This document shows positions 26,773-37,088 of a DNA stretch of 44,552 nt, piece by piece. Each line of letters starts with the position of its first letter. Position 1 is the stretch's first letter. Under the pieces are notes generated by a model. The model worked only from the letters and a program-made list of their open reading frames with translations. It searched no databases and was not told the DNA's origin. Location: sequence record SRR22947727_5211. One strand, given 5' to 3'. A program made the position numbers and the translations under genes.

Positions 26773-28350
26773 ATGAGCACACAAACCAGCGACGTTGTCA
26801 TTGTGGGCGGTGGCCACAACGGCCTCACCGCCGCCGCCTATCTCGCGGGCGCGGGCCTCACCGTCACCGTGCTGGAGCGCCTCGAGGAGTGGGGCGGTGC
26901 TGCGGTGTCGCAACAAACTTTTGCCGGAGTTGACGCGAGGCTCTCTCGATACTCCTACCTGGTCAGCCTGCTCCCCCAAAAAATCATCGATGACCTATCT
27001 CTTCCCATCTCGCTCGCGAAACGTCGCTACTCCTCCTACACCCCCGTCCCCGGCGACACCCTCGGTCTGCTGATCGACAACGAGGATGCTGATCTGACCA
27101 CTGAGTCTTTTTCCCGGATCGGTGCGAGCGCTGATGCAGATGCCTGGAACACGTTCTACTCCGAGACTGCTGCCCTGGCTCAGGCGCTCTTTCCCGGAGT
27201 TACGGACCCTCTCATCACCCGCAGCGAAGCGCGCGAGCGCGTCACAAGCATGACCGGCGATAGTGCGCTCTGGGACAGATTTATTGAGACCCCCATTGGT
27301 GACACCATCGAGAGCACCTTCCAGAACGATGTGGTGAGGGGTGTGGTTCTCACCGACGGCCTCATTGGCACCTTTGCTCCCAATAGCGACCCCGACCTGG
27401 ATGCCAACAAGTGTTTCCTGTACCACGTGATTGGTGGGGGAACCGGTGACTGGGATGTCCCGATTGGTGGGATGGGTGCTGTCTCCAGCGCACTTCTTCA
27501 CGCCGCCAGAGCGGCAGGTGCCACTCTGATCTCAGGTGCCTCAGTCAGCGCGATTAGTGCCGACAAAGAGGTCACCTACACCCAGGATGGTGAGACTCAC
27601 ACCATCACGGGTCGCTATGTCCTGGTCAACGTTGCCCCGACCGAACTCGCCAGACTCCGCAGTAGACCTGCGGTGGACCCAGCCCCTGAGGGTGCGCAAG
27701 TGAAGGTCAACATGGTGCTCCAACGTCTTCCGAAGCTCAAGGACCCATCCCTCAGTCCGGAGGCGGCGTTTGGGGGAACATTCCACATCAACGAAACCTG
27801 GTCGCAACTCCAAACAGGGTTTGAATCAGCTGCGGGAGGGTCGATCCCAGAGCCCCTGCCCTGTGAGATCTACTGTCACTCTCTGAGCGACCCGAGCATT
27901 TTGTCCCCCGAGCTGCAGCAATCAGGCGCTCACACGTTGACCGTGTTTGGGCTCCATGTCCCCCACCGTCTCACCCGAACCATGGATAACGACTCGTTGC
28001 GGGATGCTCTGCAGGAGGCAGTCGTGGCATCACTCAACAGTGTGCTGGCTGAACCTCTGGAGGATGTGCTGTTGCGGGATGAGAATGGCAACCCCTGTAT
28101 TGAGACAAAAACAACCCAGGATCTTGAGGATGCTTTGGGTCTCCCTGGAGGAAACATCTTCCATGGTCCCCTTCAGTGGCCCTTCGTCGAAGACGATGAG
28201 AACCTCACTACACCTGAGCAACGGTGGGGAGTCGCCACGGAAGATGACGGAATTCTGCTCTGCGGTTCAGGCGCCAGAAGAGGGGGTGCCGTAAGCGGCA
28301 TTGCAGGTCACAATGCCGCTATGGCAATCCTCGAAAGAGAGGGAAGTTAG
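26773..28350 (+). CDS. FAD-dependent oxidoreductase, phytoene desaturase-like family
   Basis: GGGHNGL Rossmann motif, YSYLVSLL, GGMGAV, GGNIFHG and GGAVSGIAGHNAA. Start ATG 26773. Confidence 0.85.
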   Translation: MSTQTSDVVIVGGGHNGLTAAAYLAGAGLTVTVLERLEEWGGAAVSQQTFAGVDARLSRYSYLVSLLPQKIIDDLSLPISLAKRRYSSYTPVPGDTLGLLIDNEDADLTTESFSRIGASADADAWNTFYSETAALAQALFPGVTDPLITRSEARERVTSMTGDSALWDRFIETPIGDTIESTFQNDVVRGVVLTDGLIGTFAPNSDPDLDANKCFLYHVIGGGTGDWDVPIGGMGAVSSALLHAARAAGATLISGASVSAISADKEVTYTQDGETHTITGRYVLVNVAPTELARLRSRPAVDPAPEGAQVKVNMVLQRLPKLKDPSLSPEAAFGGTFHINETWSQLQTGFESAAGGSIPEPLPCEIYCHSLSDPSILSPELQQSGAHTLTVFGLHVPHRLTRTMDNDSLRDALQEAVVASLNSVLAEPLEDVLLRDENGNPCIETKTTQDLEDALGLPGGNIFHGPLQWPFVEDDENLTTPEQRWGVATEDDGILLCGSGARRGGAVSGIAGHNAAMAILEREGS

Positions 28351-28700
28351 GAACGAAGTCCCCTGGGACCCATCTCGCCCCACATGTCGAAGTCACCGAA
28401 CTCACCCACGGTGGAAGCGACCAGGACAATCCAGCCGACCACGGCAAGGATTCCCAGGACCATCAGGACGGAGCTCACGGCAACGGCAACCTTGGCCGGG
28501 ACATTGTTGACGCCAGCCTTGTTCGACCAGACCCAGGCGATGATTCCCAGAATCAGCGCGGGAACCTGCGTGAAGAAGGACAGAACCAGGGCAACAATTC
28601 CCATGGTTTGGCCAGGGTACTCAGTGCTTGCGGTTAAACCAGTGTCTACCGTGTTGGCAACGTGATCCGTTGCGGTGACGGCCTCTTTTTTCTCAGCCAT
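28347..28700 (-). CDS. Small two-TM membrane protein (DUF4190-like)
   Basis: PGQTMGIVALVLSF...ILGIIA pattern. SD AGGAGA before ATG 28700. Confidence 0.65.
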   Translation of the reverse strand: MAEKKEAVTATDHVANTVDTGLTASTEYPGQTMGIVALVLSFFTQVPALILGIIAWVWSNKAGVNNVPAKVAVAVSSVLMVLGILAVVGWIVLVASTVGEFGDFDMWGEMGPRGLRS

Positions 28701-28838
28701 GTGATCTCCTTGTGAGTCGTTGTAATGGTGAAGTGATTCCACACTAAAGCGATTGCCTATACGTGGCCTTGGTGAAACCTAAGGAAACGATTGGGGTTCT
28801 GTGACCCGTGCTCTCTCTCAACCAGGGAGAATAGAACC

Positions 28839-29861
28839 ATGAAGATTGGAATGCTTACCAGCGGTGGCGACGCCCCCGGGTTGAATGCGGTCATTAGGGC
28901 GGCTGTTCTCAAGGGAACGCGCGTGCACGGACATGAGTTCGTGGGATTTGTCGGCGGTTATAAAGGCCTCTGCCAACCCGACATCATGCCCCTCACCCGC
29001 CACGAAGTAAAAGGAATCTCCAAGCAGGGTGGCACCATCCTCGGAACCTCTCGGACCAACCCTTTTGACTACGGTGGCCCTGATCGAGTCAAGGAAGTGC
29101 TGAAAGAGCACGATATTGACGCGATCATCGCGATTGGTGGCGAGGGCTCCCTCGCCGCGGCAAAAGAATTGAGCGACACGGGTATCCCGATCGTGGGTGT
29201 GCCCAAGACTGTCGATAACGATCTCAACGGCACTGACTTCACCTTCGGCTTCGACACTGCGGTGAGTATCGCCACCGAGGCGATGGACCGCCTGCGCACC
29301 ACCGGAGATTCACACTCCCGCTGCATGGTCGCAGAGGTCATGGGCCGCCACGTTGGGTGGATCGCGTTGCACTCCGGAATGGCCGCTGGTGCTCACGCCA
29401 TCCTCATCCCCGAGCGAAAGACAAGCCTGGACGAGTTGGTGGGCTGGGTTCGCTCGGCGTCCGACCGTGGTCGAGCGCCTCTGGTCGTTGTAGCAGAGGG
29501 CTTCGCACTCGACACCATGGATGACGCTCACTCCGAACGCGGTCTTGATGCCTTCGGTCGCCCGAGGCTCGGGGGAATTGGAGAGATGCTCGCTCCCCTC
29601 ATCGAGGAGGCAACGGGCATTGAAACGAGGGCGACCACTTTGGGACACATCCAACGCGGTGGTACCCCCAGTGCGTTCGACCGGGTTCTGGCAACCAGGT
29701 TTGGTATGAGTGTCATCAATTTGGTGAACGATCAGCAGTGGGGTCACATGGTTGCCCTGCGCGGAACCGATATCAAGCGAGTGGATTTCGTGGAAGCTTT
29801 GGGCGACCTCAAGACTGTTCCCGACGAGCGCTACGAGGCGGCGGCGATGCTCTTTGGCTAA
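28839..29861 (+). CDS. pfkA: 6-phosphofructokinase
   Basis: TSGGDAPGLN, GGTILGTSR, GGEGS, PKTVDND, EVMGR and LGHIQRGG. Confidence 0.95.
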   Translation: MKIGMLTSGGDAPGLNAVIRAAVLKGTRVHGHEFVGFVGGYKGLCQPDIMPLTRHEVKGISKQGGTILGTSRTNPFDYGGPDRVKEVLKEHDIDAIIAIGGEGSLAAAKELSDTGIPIVGVPKTVDNDLNGTDFTFGFDTAVSIATEAMDRLRTTGDSHSRCMVAEVMGRHVGWIALHSGMAAGAHAILIPERKTSLDELVGWVRSASDRGRAPLVVVAEGFALDTMDDAHSERGLDAFGRPRLGGIGEMLAPLIEEATGIETRATTLGHIQRGGTPSAFDRVLATRFGMSVINLVNDQQWGHMVALRGTDIKRVDFVEALGDLKTVPDERYEAAAMLFG

Positions 29862-30852
29862 CCACGCCACGGGTTGGTGGATTTCCTCGGACGGGTCCGG
29901 GCAACTCACCACGCACTTTCGAGACGATATTGCGCTCTCGCAAATGGGGGAAGGCTCCCTCACGATCGATGTTCACTACTCAGCGCTCAACTACAAAGAC
30001 GCTCTCGCCCTCACCGGTTCACCGGGTGTGGTGCGGAAGCCCCCACTAATTCCCGGTATCGATTGCGCTGGAGTCGTATCGGAGAGCTCCGACCCGAAGG
30101 TTCCCACCGGGACAGCCGTGGTGATCACGGGATATGGCTACGGAGAAAACCGTCATGGCGGACTTGCGACTCGCGTCATGGCCGATGCCGAGCATGTACT
30201 CCCCATTCCTGAAGGTCTCTCCCTGCAGGATGCTGCCACCCTGGGGACCGCGGGCATTACTGCCGGGCTTGCCATCAGAGCACTGGAGCACCACGGGGTG
30301 AGCCCCGACTCTGACCTTCCCATCGCGGTCACTGGTTCAGCAGGCGGGGTAGGTTCACTGGCGCTGGCTTTGCTCTCCCACGCCGGCTATCGCACCGTCG
30401 CCATCACGGGACGCACTGACGAAGCCGAGCACCTGAACCTGCTGGGCGCGACCGACATCATGTCGCGCCAGGAGTTCTTGGCTCAACCCTCCAGGCCTCT
30501 ACTTCCGGAACAATTTGCTGGGGCCATTGATCAGGCTGGAGGGGAGATGCTTGCCACCTTGCTGGCCTCGACCCACAGCAATGGTGTCGTGGCGGCGTGC
30601 GGGTTGGCGGCGGGCTCAGGCCTTCCGACGACTGTGTTGCCTTTCATTCTTCGCGGAGTGAGTTTGGTGGGTATCAACTCCGTTTTCCAACCTCAGGACG
30701 TTCGAGGCGAGTTATGGAGTCTCTTCGCCGGCGCGAACCTGCCCCTCGACCAGATCTCTCAGGTCATTGACCTTGCTGACGCGCTTGAGACCGCACCGCG
30801 AGTGCTCTCCGGACTCACCCGTGGTCGAGTAGTCGTGAAAGTTCGCGACTAG
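29854..30852 (+). CDS. MDR-family oxidoreductase, YhdH/AcuI (acryloyl-CoA reductase-like)
   Basis: YSALNYKDAL, PGIDCAG, GTAGITA, VTGSAGGVGS, PFILRGV and GRVVV. Inferred TTG start overlapping the pfkA stop. Confidence 0.85.
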   Translation: MANHATGWWISSDGSGQLTTHFRDDIALSQMGEGSLTIDVHYSALNYKDALALTGSPGVVRKPPLIPGIDCAGVVSESSDPKVPTGTAVVITGYGYGENRHGGLATRVMADAEHVLPIPEGLSLQDAATLGTAGITAGLAIRALEHHGVSPDSDLPIAVTGSAGGVGSLALALLSHAGYRTVAITGRTDEAEHLNLLGATDIMSRQEFLAQPSRPLLPEQFAGAIDQAGGEMLATLLASTHSNGVVAACGLAAGSGLPTTVLPFILRGVSLVGINSVFQPQDVRGELWSLFAGANLPLDQISQVIDLADALETAPRVLSGLTRGRVVVKVRD

Positions 30853-31076
30853 TCGTCGCCAAGGAGTGCCCACAAGACTGCGGCCACAGCACCCACAACG
30901 GTCACTCCCAGCGCAATCAACCACGGGGTCGAATCCTCATCCCATGACCGTGCCACCCAGGCGCCTGCCTTTTTGGCAATGACGTCAGGGCGCAGTCGGT
31001 GCTCGATCTCGTCCAGGGTCGCGCCGAGATCCTCTCGAGTCTCGTGGACATAGTTGCGAACAGTGGACCGGGACAT
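30849..31076 (-). CDS. DUF3618-like small membrane-anchored protein
   Basis: TREDLGATLDEIEHRL.P motif and C-terminal TM. Last gene of the trio. Confidence 0.75.
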   Translation of the reverse strand: MSRSTVRNYVHETREDLGATLDEIEHRLRPDVIAKKAGAWVARSWDEDSTPWLIALGVTVVGAVAAVLWALLGDD

Positions 31077-31487
31077 TTACTTCCGCCCTCGGACGACGCG
31101 AATGTCTTCTCGGATGCTCTCGACCGTCTCGTTGGGAAGTGGAGACTTGGATCTCGCCATTACTGCTGCGCCAATCCCCGCGACCACGATCGCGGCCAGA
31201 ATGACGATTCCCGCGACCATCAAGGTCGCTGCCCATAAGGGAAGAACCAGCGAGAGCGCAAAGACTCCTGCAAAAATCAGCAACAAGAGCGCCAACAGAA
31301 TCAGCGACAAGCTGATCACAAAAAGCCCAAGTCCAATTCCTACTGCCTTGAGCTTCGAGACCAGCTCAGCCTTCAGTAACTCAATCTCGGCTCTAATGAG
31401 CTGCGAGATGAGATGAGGGACGTCGGTGATGAGCGAAAGGAATGACTTACCTTTCGCTCGTGACCGAGCTCCCTGGGGTTCGCTCAC
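31077..31487 (-). CDS. Actinobacterial holin-like membrane protein (Phage_holin_3_6-like)
   Basis: LIRAEIELLKAE, two TM segments and P.ETVESIREDI. Confidence 0.8.
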   Translation of the reverse strand: MSEPQGARSRAKGKSFLSLITDVPHLISQLIRAEIELLKAELVSKLKAVGIGLGLFVISLSLILLALLLLIFAGVFALSLVLPLWAATLMVAGIVILAAIVVAGIGAAVMARSKSPLPNETVESIREDIRVVRGRK

Positions 31488-31492
31488 GAAAC

Positions 31493-31747
31493 CTACGCGC
31501 CATTTTCTCCGCGAGCGTTGCGCACTGTCGTGGCAACTTTCTTCGCGGCTGACGTTGCCTTGTCGGCGAGATCAGGTGCCTTGTCCTTCACGAACTCCTC
31601 CACGGTGTGGACCTGCTCCTGAACTCGCGGATCCATCCAGACCTTTTCGGCGCCCGCCTTGATTTGCTCATAGCGTTCGCGGCCAGCGCGGGTCCCCAGC
31701 ACATAGCCCATCGCTAAACCAAAAACGAAGAGAATCTTGCCCTTCAT
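31493..31747 (-). CDS. YtxH-like small protein
   Basis: MKGKILFVFGLAMGYVLGTRAGRERYEQI. SD GGAGG before ATG 31747. Confidence 0.75.
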   Translation of the reverse strand: MKGKILFVFGLAMGYVLGTRAGRERYEQIKAGAEKVWMDPRVQEQVHTVEEFVKDKAPDLADKATSAAKKVATTVRNARGENGA

Positions 31748-31820
31748 AAAAGCCTCCGATATGTATTCCAATTTTGGAATGTATTCCTGTTTCCCACAGC
31801 GTAGCGGGGTTTTCCGGTGA

Positions 31821-33779
31821 TTACCAGATGCTTACTCGGTCTTCGGGGTCAAGCCACAAGTCATGCTCGGGAGTGACCCCAAAAGCGTCGTAGAACTCAT
31901 TCAGGTTACGAGCAATCTGGTTGCACCGAAATTCAGAGGGCGAGTGAGGGTCAATCTGGAGCAGTCGCTTGGCTTCCTCCGTGCGGACCGCCAACTTCCA
32001 AGACTGAGCCCACGAGAGGAAGAACCTCTCCTCGGCTGACATCCCGTCAACGACAGGTGGCGTCGAACCCTGAAGGGAAAGCAGGTAGGCCTTCCAGGCG
32101 ATGGCCAACCCACCCAGGTCACCAATGTTCTCGCCAATCGTGAGCTCACCGTTGACAGTGTGGCCTGGAATATCTTTCGGGCTCAGGGCATTGAACTGAT
32201 CAATCAGGACCCGTGTTCGCTCTTCAAAGGCTGCTCGGTCCTCATCGGTCCACCAGTTGTGGAGGCGCCCATGGCCATCAAATCGGGAACCCTGGTCATC
32301 AAAGCCGTGGCCGATTTCGTGACCGATGACCGCACCGATCGCTCCGTAGTTCGACGCGGCATCCCTCTCAGGGTCGAAGAAGGGGTATTGCAGGATCGCC
32401 GCGGGGAAGACGATCTCATTGAAACCCGGGTTGTAATACGCATTGACCGTCTGAGGGGTCATAAACCATTCGTCGCGATCGAGTGGCGACCCAATTTTTC
32501 GGAGCTCCCGCTGGAACTCAAACTCATGACCTGCGACAACATTCGCCCAGAGGTCATCGGCGGCCACCTCAAGAGCGGAATAGTCTTTCCACTTTTCGGG
32601 GTAACCGATTTTGGGATTGAAAGTCGCAAGTTTCTCAAGCGCTTTCTGTTTCGTCTCGTCACTCATCCAGCTCAACGACTGGATGCTCTCCCGATATGCC
32701 TCGAGCAGGGTCTTGACTAGCTCGTCCATCTGGGTCTTGGCCTCCGGAGGGAAATGCCGCTCGACGTAGAGCTTCCCGACTGACTCGCCCATCACACCCT
32801 CAACAAACGACACGGCCCTCTTCCATCGGGGACGCATTTTGGGGGTGCCAGAGAGCGTCTTACCGAAAAAGTCAAAATGCGCGGCAACGAGGTCTGCGTT
32901 CAAATAGGGGGAGAAAGACTTGATGACCCCCCACAGCATCCAATCCCGGAGCGCATCGAGGCTTTCCGAATCCCAGAGTCCCGCCAGGGCTCTGACAAAA
33001 CTGGGTTGGCGGACAATGACCTGCGCCAACTTCTCCTCCGAGATGCCAGTCGCTTCACGCCAGGTGTCAAGCGGGAAACCCTCTAACGTGGTGCGGAGGT
33101 CCTCCAGAGTGGTCGGGTTGTAGGTGGCTTCTGCGTCTCGGGATTTCACGTTGTCCCAGTGGTGCGAGGCCAACCTGGTTTCCCATTCCAGCACTCCGGT
33201 AGCACGCTCTGCAGGGTTGTCGAGTCCCGTCAGCGTAAAGACTCGCTCGAGATGCGCGCGGTAGGCGTCTCGAATCTCCCGAAATGCCTCGTCTCGGTAA
33301 TAGGACTCATCGGGTAAACCAATGCCTCCCTGCTCGAGAAACATCACATACTTCTCGGGGTCTCCGGGGTCGTTGTCAATAAAAAGCTGCCAGAGTCCCT
33401 CGCTGCCGCCTCGCTCTAGGAGACCAAGCTGGGCGAGCAGAGCATCTCTGCCCTCTGCGTGAGCCTCAGCGATCTGCTCCATCACCGCGTGAAGTGGTTC
33501 AAGACCGCGCTGCTCAATTCGGTCCTCGTCCATAAAGCTTGCGAAAAGCTCGCCGGCTTTCCGGGCGTCTGAACCGACTGTGGCGCTCGCCGCTTCCTCC
33601 AAAATTTCCCGAACAGCCTTTTCGGCTTCCTCCGCGATGATGGTGAAGGCACCAAACCGAGCCTTGTCCTCGGGGATAGGTGAGCGTTCTATCCACCGCC
33701 CATTCATGTGGAGATACAGGTCATCTCCCGGGTGGACGGAGGGGTCCCGCTCGTCAAGTTCTATACCGCTTATAGCCAC
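31821..33779 (-). CDS. M13 family zinc metallopeptidase (PepO/Zmp1-like)
   Basis: VNAYY, HEIGH, GENIGD and DPHSP. Start GTG 33779 with TAGGGT 7 nt upstream. Confidence 0.94.
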   Translation of the reverse strand: MAISGIELDERDPSVHPGDDLYLHMNGRWIERSPIPEDKARFGAFTIIAEEAEKAVREILEEAASATVGSDARKAGELFASFMDEDRIEQRGLEPLHAVMEQIAEAHAEGRDALLAQLGLLERGGSEGLWQLFIDNDPGDPEKYVMFLEQGGIGLPDESYYRDEAFREIRDAYRAHLERVFTLTGLDNPAERATGVLEWETRLASHHWDNVKSRDAEATYNPTTLEDLRTTLEGFPLDTWREATGISEEKLAQVIVRQPSFVRALAGLWDSESLDALRDWMLWGVIKSFSPYLNADLVAAHFDFFGKTLSGTPKMRPRWKRAVSFVEGVMGESVGKLYVERHFPPEAKTQMDELVKTLLEAYRESIQSLSWMSDETKQKALEKLATFNPKIGYPEKWKDYSALEVAADDLWANVVAGHEFEFQRELRKIGSPLDRDEWFMTPQTVNAYYNPGFNEIVFPAAILQYPFFDPERDAASNYGAIGAVIGHEIGHGFDDQGSRFDGHGRLHNWWTDEDRAAFEERTRVLIDQFNALSPKDIPGHTVNGELTIGENIGDLGGLAIAWKAYLLSLQGSTPPVVDGMSAEERFFLSWAQSWKLAVRTEEAKRLLQIDPHSPSEFRCNQIARNLNEFYDAFGVTPEHDLWLDPEDRVSIW

Positions 33780-33833
33780 ACCACACACCCTAATCACCGA
33801 TTCAGGGAGCACGCTGGGCGGTAGCCTACGCAC

Positions 33834-35171
33834 GTGCCTGATGCCTCCCTCGCGAAGAGAATTCTGGCTCTCGCTATCCCCTCCTTAGGTGCTCTCATCG
33901 CCGAACCGCTGTTCTTACTGACCGACACCGCGATGGTGGGCCATCTAGGAGCGAGCGCCCTCGCGAGCCTCGGGCTCGCCAGCACCGTGCTGACCACAGT
34001 CATTGGTCTCTTGATCTTTCTCGCCTACGCCACAACACCGATAGTGGCGAGGCGACTGGGTGCAGGTAATCGGCCCGGAGCACTCTCCGCCGGAATCGAT
34101 GGCCTCTGGCTAGCTCTCGGGCTGGGTGTCATCTTGGGTGCTCTCGGATACGCGCTCACACCGCTCGTGGTGGGGTGGTTTGGCGCAGAGGGTGATGTGT
34201 CCCTCGGCGCAGTCTCTTACCTGTCCATCTCTTGGTGGGGGCTGCCCGGCATGCTTCTCGTGATTGCCGCGACCGGGCTGATGCGGGGCCTCCAAGACAC
34301 GAGAACTCCGCTCTGGATTGCCCTGGCTGGGTTTAGTGCGAACGCAGCACTCAACGCAGTCCTCATCTACGGGTTGGGCTTGGGCCTTATCGGATCAGCG
34401 CTCGGAACAGTCTTCGCCCAGTGGGCAATGGCCGCTGTCTTTCTCGCGATTATCATTCGCGAAGCGAGAGCTCACCAGGTTTCCTTGGCTCCCGGCCTGA
34501 TTGGCATCAGGGCTGCTGCCCGCTCGGGAAGCTGGTTGTTCGTGCGAACACTCAGTTTGCGGGTCGCGCTCATCTCCACCGTTGTTGTGGCAACAGGCCT
34601 GGGAACCCGAGAACTTGCCGCCTGGCACATCGTGTTCACAATCTTCAGTCTCCTCGCGCTCGCCTTGGACGCCTTGGCAATTGCTGCTCAAGCGTTGGTC
34701 GGGCATGACTTGGGATCTGGCGATGTCCAGACGGTGCGCCAGACGACCTCGACTCTGATGGCATGGGGATTCATGGGGGGAGGAATGTTGGCGACTCTCA
34801 CCGGTCTGCTCTCACCCGTCCTTCCCTTTGTCATGACTTCTGATGGACCGCTCCGAGAGGTTCTTGTGGTGGTCCTGATTCTGCTCGCACTGACCCTCCC
34901 CCTCTCAGGTTTCGTGTTCGTCCTGGATGGTGTTCTGATCGGCGCCGGAGACGGCAAATATCTGGCTCTCACCGGTGTCCTCAACGTCGTCATGTTTGCC
35001 CCGTTTCTGTGGCTGGCATCCATCACTCAGTGGGAAGTTTCGGGAGTGAATCTGGGGGGTCTGCTCATGCTCGAGACAGCCTTCGGCGTCAGCTACATTG
35101 GTGCCAGAGCTCTTACCTTGGGGCTTCGAGCCAGAGGCGAGAGATGGATGGTGACGGGTGAATCACGCTAA
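33834..35171 (+). CDS. MATE family efflux transporter (DinF-like)
   Basis: ALIAEPL, DTAMVGHLG, RGLQDTRTP and DGVLIGAGD. Confidence 0.92.
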   Translation: MPDASLAKRILALAIPSLGALIAEPLFLLTDTAMVGHLGASALASLGLASTVLTTVIGLLIFLAYATTPIVARRLGAGNRPGALSAGIDGLWLALGLGVILGALGYALTPLVVGWFGAEGDVSLGAVSYLSISWWGLPGMLLVIAATGLMRGLQDTRTPLWIALAGFSANAALNAVLIYGLGLGLIGSALGTVFAQWAMAAVFLAIIIREARAHQVSLAPGLIGIRAAARSGSWLFVRTLSLRVALISTVVVATGLGTRELAAWHIVFTIFSLLALALDALAIAAQALVGHDLGSGDVQTVRQTTSTLMAWGFMGGGMLATLTGLLSPVLPFVMTSDGPLREVLVVVLILLALTLPLSGFVFVLDGVLIGAGDGKYLALTGVLNVVMFAPFLWLASITQWEVSGVNLGGLLMLETAFGVSYIGARALTLGLRARGERWMVTGESR

Positions 35172-36348
35172 CTCGCGGACCCCCACACAGTGGCGGAACG
35201 CCCTCTTTGTGGTTTTCACCATCAATGGTCTGGGCTTCTCCACCTGGTTAGCTCGTGTTCCTGCCATTCGCGATGGCCTCGATATCTCCACAGCCGAGGT
35301 CGCTGCTCTTCTGTTTACCGGGGCACTCGGGGCAGTCAGCGGACTGGTCTTCTCGAGCCACATCATCGCTTGGCTCGGCTTACGAAATACCATCTTGTTT
35401 TTTGGGCTTCTGGGACTCCTGGGTCTCGCAGGAATTGGTGTGGGATCAGCCTGGGTATCCAGCTACGCACTCACCGTCATTGCCATCATCATGGCGGGAG
35501 CGGGGAATGGCATTGCGGATGTGGCCATGAATGTTGAAGGGGCGACAGTCGAGAAGTCGGTCAACCGCAACATCATGCCGTGGTTCCACGCTTACTGGTC
35601 GCTCGGGACCGTGGCAGGAGCGGGGCTTTCTGCACTGATGAGCTTCCTCGGCGTGGGTATCGCCCCTCACACCATCGTGATGGCGTTCATCATGGCTCCC
35701 ACGCTGTGGTTTGTCTCCCGGTTCATGACAAGTAATCCTGAAGCAGGTGGGGAGGACGGGTTTGAGCAGAAATCCACACTGGCCGACCGGCTTCGGGTGT
35801 GGAAAGAGCCGCGCACTCTGGCAATCGGTGTCATCGCGCTGGGTATGGCTTTTGCTGAGGGTTCCGCCAATGACTGGTTGGCTTTGGCCATCGTCGATGG
35901 CCGCGATCAGACCAATGCGGTGGGGGCGCTCTGGTTCGGATTCTTCACCGTAGGAATGATGGCGGGTCGCATTGGCGGGGTTTACCTGCTCGACCGGTTC
36001 GGTCGGGTCCCTGTCCTCCAGGGGTCTGCCGCCATGGCCATCGCCGGACTCACTTTGGTGATTCTTGTTGAGCAACCCCTCCTCAGTGGTGTGGGAGCTC
36101 TTATGTGGGGCTTGGGAAGCTCCTTGGGGTTCCCGGTAGGAATGTCCGCAGCAGCGGACAATCCCCACGGAAGCGCCGCGCGAGTGTCCGCAGTCGCGAC
36201 CGTCGCCTACGGAGCCTTTCTCATCGGGCCACCTCTCATCGGAGGCCTGGGGGAGTCCATCGGGATTCTTGCTGCCCTCTGGGTGGTTGTCGGGGTCATC
36301 ATTTTGGCGTTCTTCGCAGCTCCCGCGGCAAAGCCACCCGCGGACTAG
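35158..36348 (+). CDS. MFS transporter (fucose permease/YbjJ-like)
   Basis: WLARVPAIRD, DVAMN, FHAYWSLG, EGSANDW and LDRFGR. Confidence 0.88.
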   Translation: MNHANSRTPTQWRNALFVVFTINGLGFSTWLARVPAIRDGLDISTAEVAALLFTGALGAVSGLVFSSHIIAWLGLRNTILFFGLLGLLGLAGIGVGSAWVSSYALTVIAIIMAGAGNGIADVAMNVEGATVEKSVNRNIMPWFHAYWSLGTVAGAGLSALMSFLGVGIAPHTIVMAFIMAPTLWFVSRFMTSNPEAGGEDGFEQKSTLADRLRVWKEPRTLAIGVIALGMAFAEGSANDWLALAIVDGRDQTNAVGALWFGFFTVGMMAGRIGGVYLLDRFGRVPVLQGSAAMAIAGLTLVILVEQPLLSGVGALMWGLGSSLGFPVGMSAAADNPHGSAARVSAVATVAYGAFLIGPPLIGGLGESIGILAALWVVVGVIILAFFAAPAAKPPAD

Positions 36349-36368
36349 ACCCTCTACACTGAAAGCCC

Positions 36369-37064
36369 ATGCGGCTCGTCATTGCAACCTGTTCTGTGGA
36401 TTACGCAGGTCGACTGAGCGCGCATCTCCCTCTCGCAACCAGGGTCATCATGGTCAAAGGCGACGGAAGTGTTCTGATTCACTCCGACGGTGGCAGTTAC
36501 AAGCCACTCAACTGGATGCCGCCACCGTGCTCACTCGAAGTTCTCACACCTGATGCTGAGCAGGTCGAAGCCGGGGTGATCGAAACCTGGAAGGTTGTGC
36601 ACCACAAGACCTCTGACCTCCTGATGGTCAATATCCACGAGATCCACTCAGACCACAGTCACCACTTGGGCGTGGATCCCGGGCTCATCAAAGACGGGGT
36701 CGAAGGAGACCTGCAGAAGTTGCTCGCCGAACAAATCGAGCTACTCGGTGAGGGCTTCACTCTGGTGCGGCGGGAATACATGACGGCTATCGGACCTGTC
36801 GACATCCTGGCCACAGATTCAGGCGGTGCCCACGTGGCCATAGAAATCAAACGCCGGGGAGACATTGACGGGGTCGAACAGCTCACCCGATACCTCGAGT
36901 TGCTCAACCGTGATCCCCACCTGGCACCTGTGAGTGGGGTCTACGCCGCTCAGGAAATCAAGCCTCAAGCGCGCACTCTGGCCGAAGATCGCGGCATCCG
37001 CTGCCTGGTCCTCGACTACGACCAGATGCGAGGAATTGACGACCATCACCAGCGTTTGTTCTAG
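36369..37064 (+). CDS. nucS: Mismatch-specific endonuclease NucS/EndoMS
   Basis: MRLVIA.CSVDY.GRL.AHLP, YKPLNWM, GPVDI, EIKRR and QLTRY. Confidence 0.96.
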   Translation: MRLVIATCSVDYAGRLSAHLPLATRVIMVKGDGSVLIHSDGGSYKPLNWMPPPCSLEVLTPDAEQVEAGVIETWKVVHHKTSDLLMVNIHEIHSDHSHHLGVDPGLIKDGVEGDLQKLLAEQIELLGEGFTLVRREYMTAIGPVDILATDSGGAHVAIEIKRRGDIDGVEQLTRYLELLNRDPHLAPVSGVYAAQEIKPQARTLAEDRGIRCLVLDYDQMRGIDDHHQRLF

Positions 37065-37088
37065 GGCCGCATCCCCTAGGCTTTTCCA

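Noticed and set aside
26682..26828. Apparent head-to-head overlap of putA and the FAD oxidoreductase
   Set aside because: Artifact of longest-ORF calling. Starts at 26681 and 26773 leave a normal divergent promoter region.
26773..28350. Carotenoid desaturase crtI
   Set aside because: No crt genes are adjacent. The motifs fit the broader uncharacterised phytoene-dehydrogenase-like family.
31077..31487. Holin as evidence of a prophage
   Set aside because: No endolysin, integrase or structural genes are nearby. This family occurs in a chromosomal trio.
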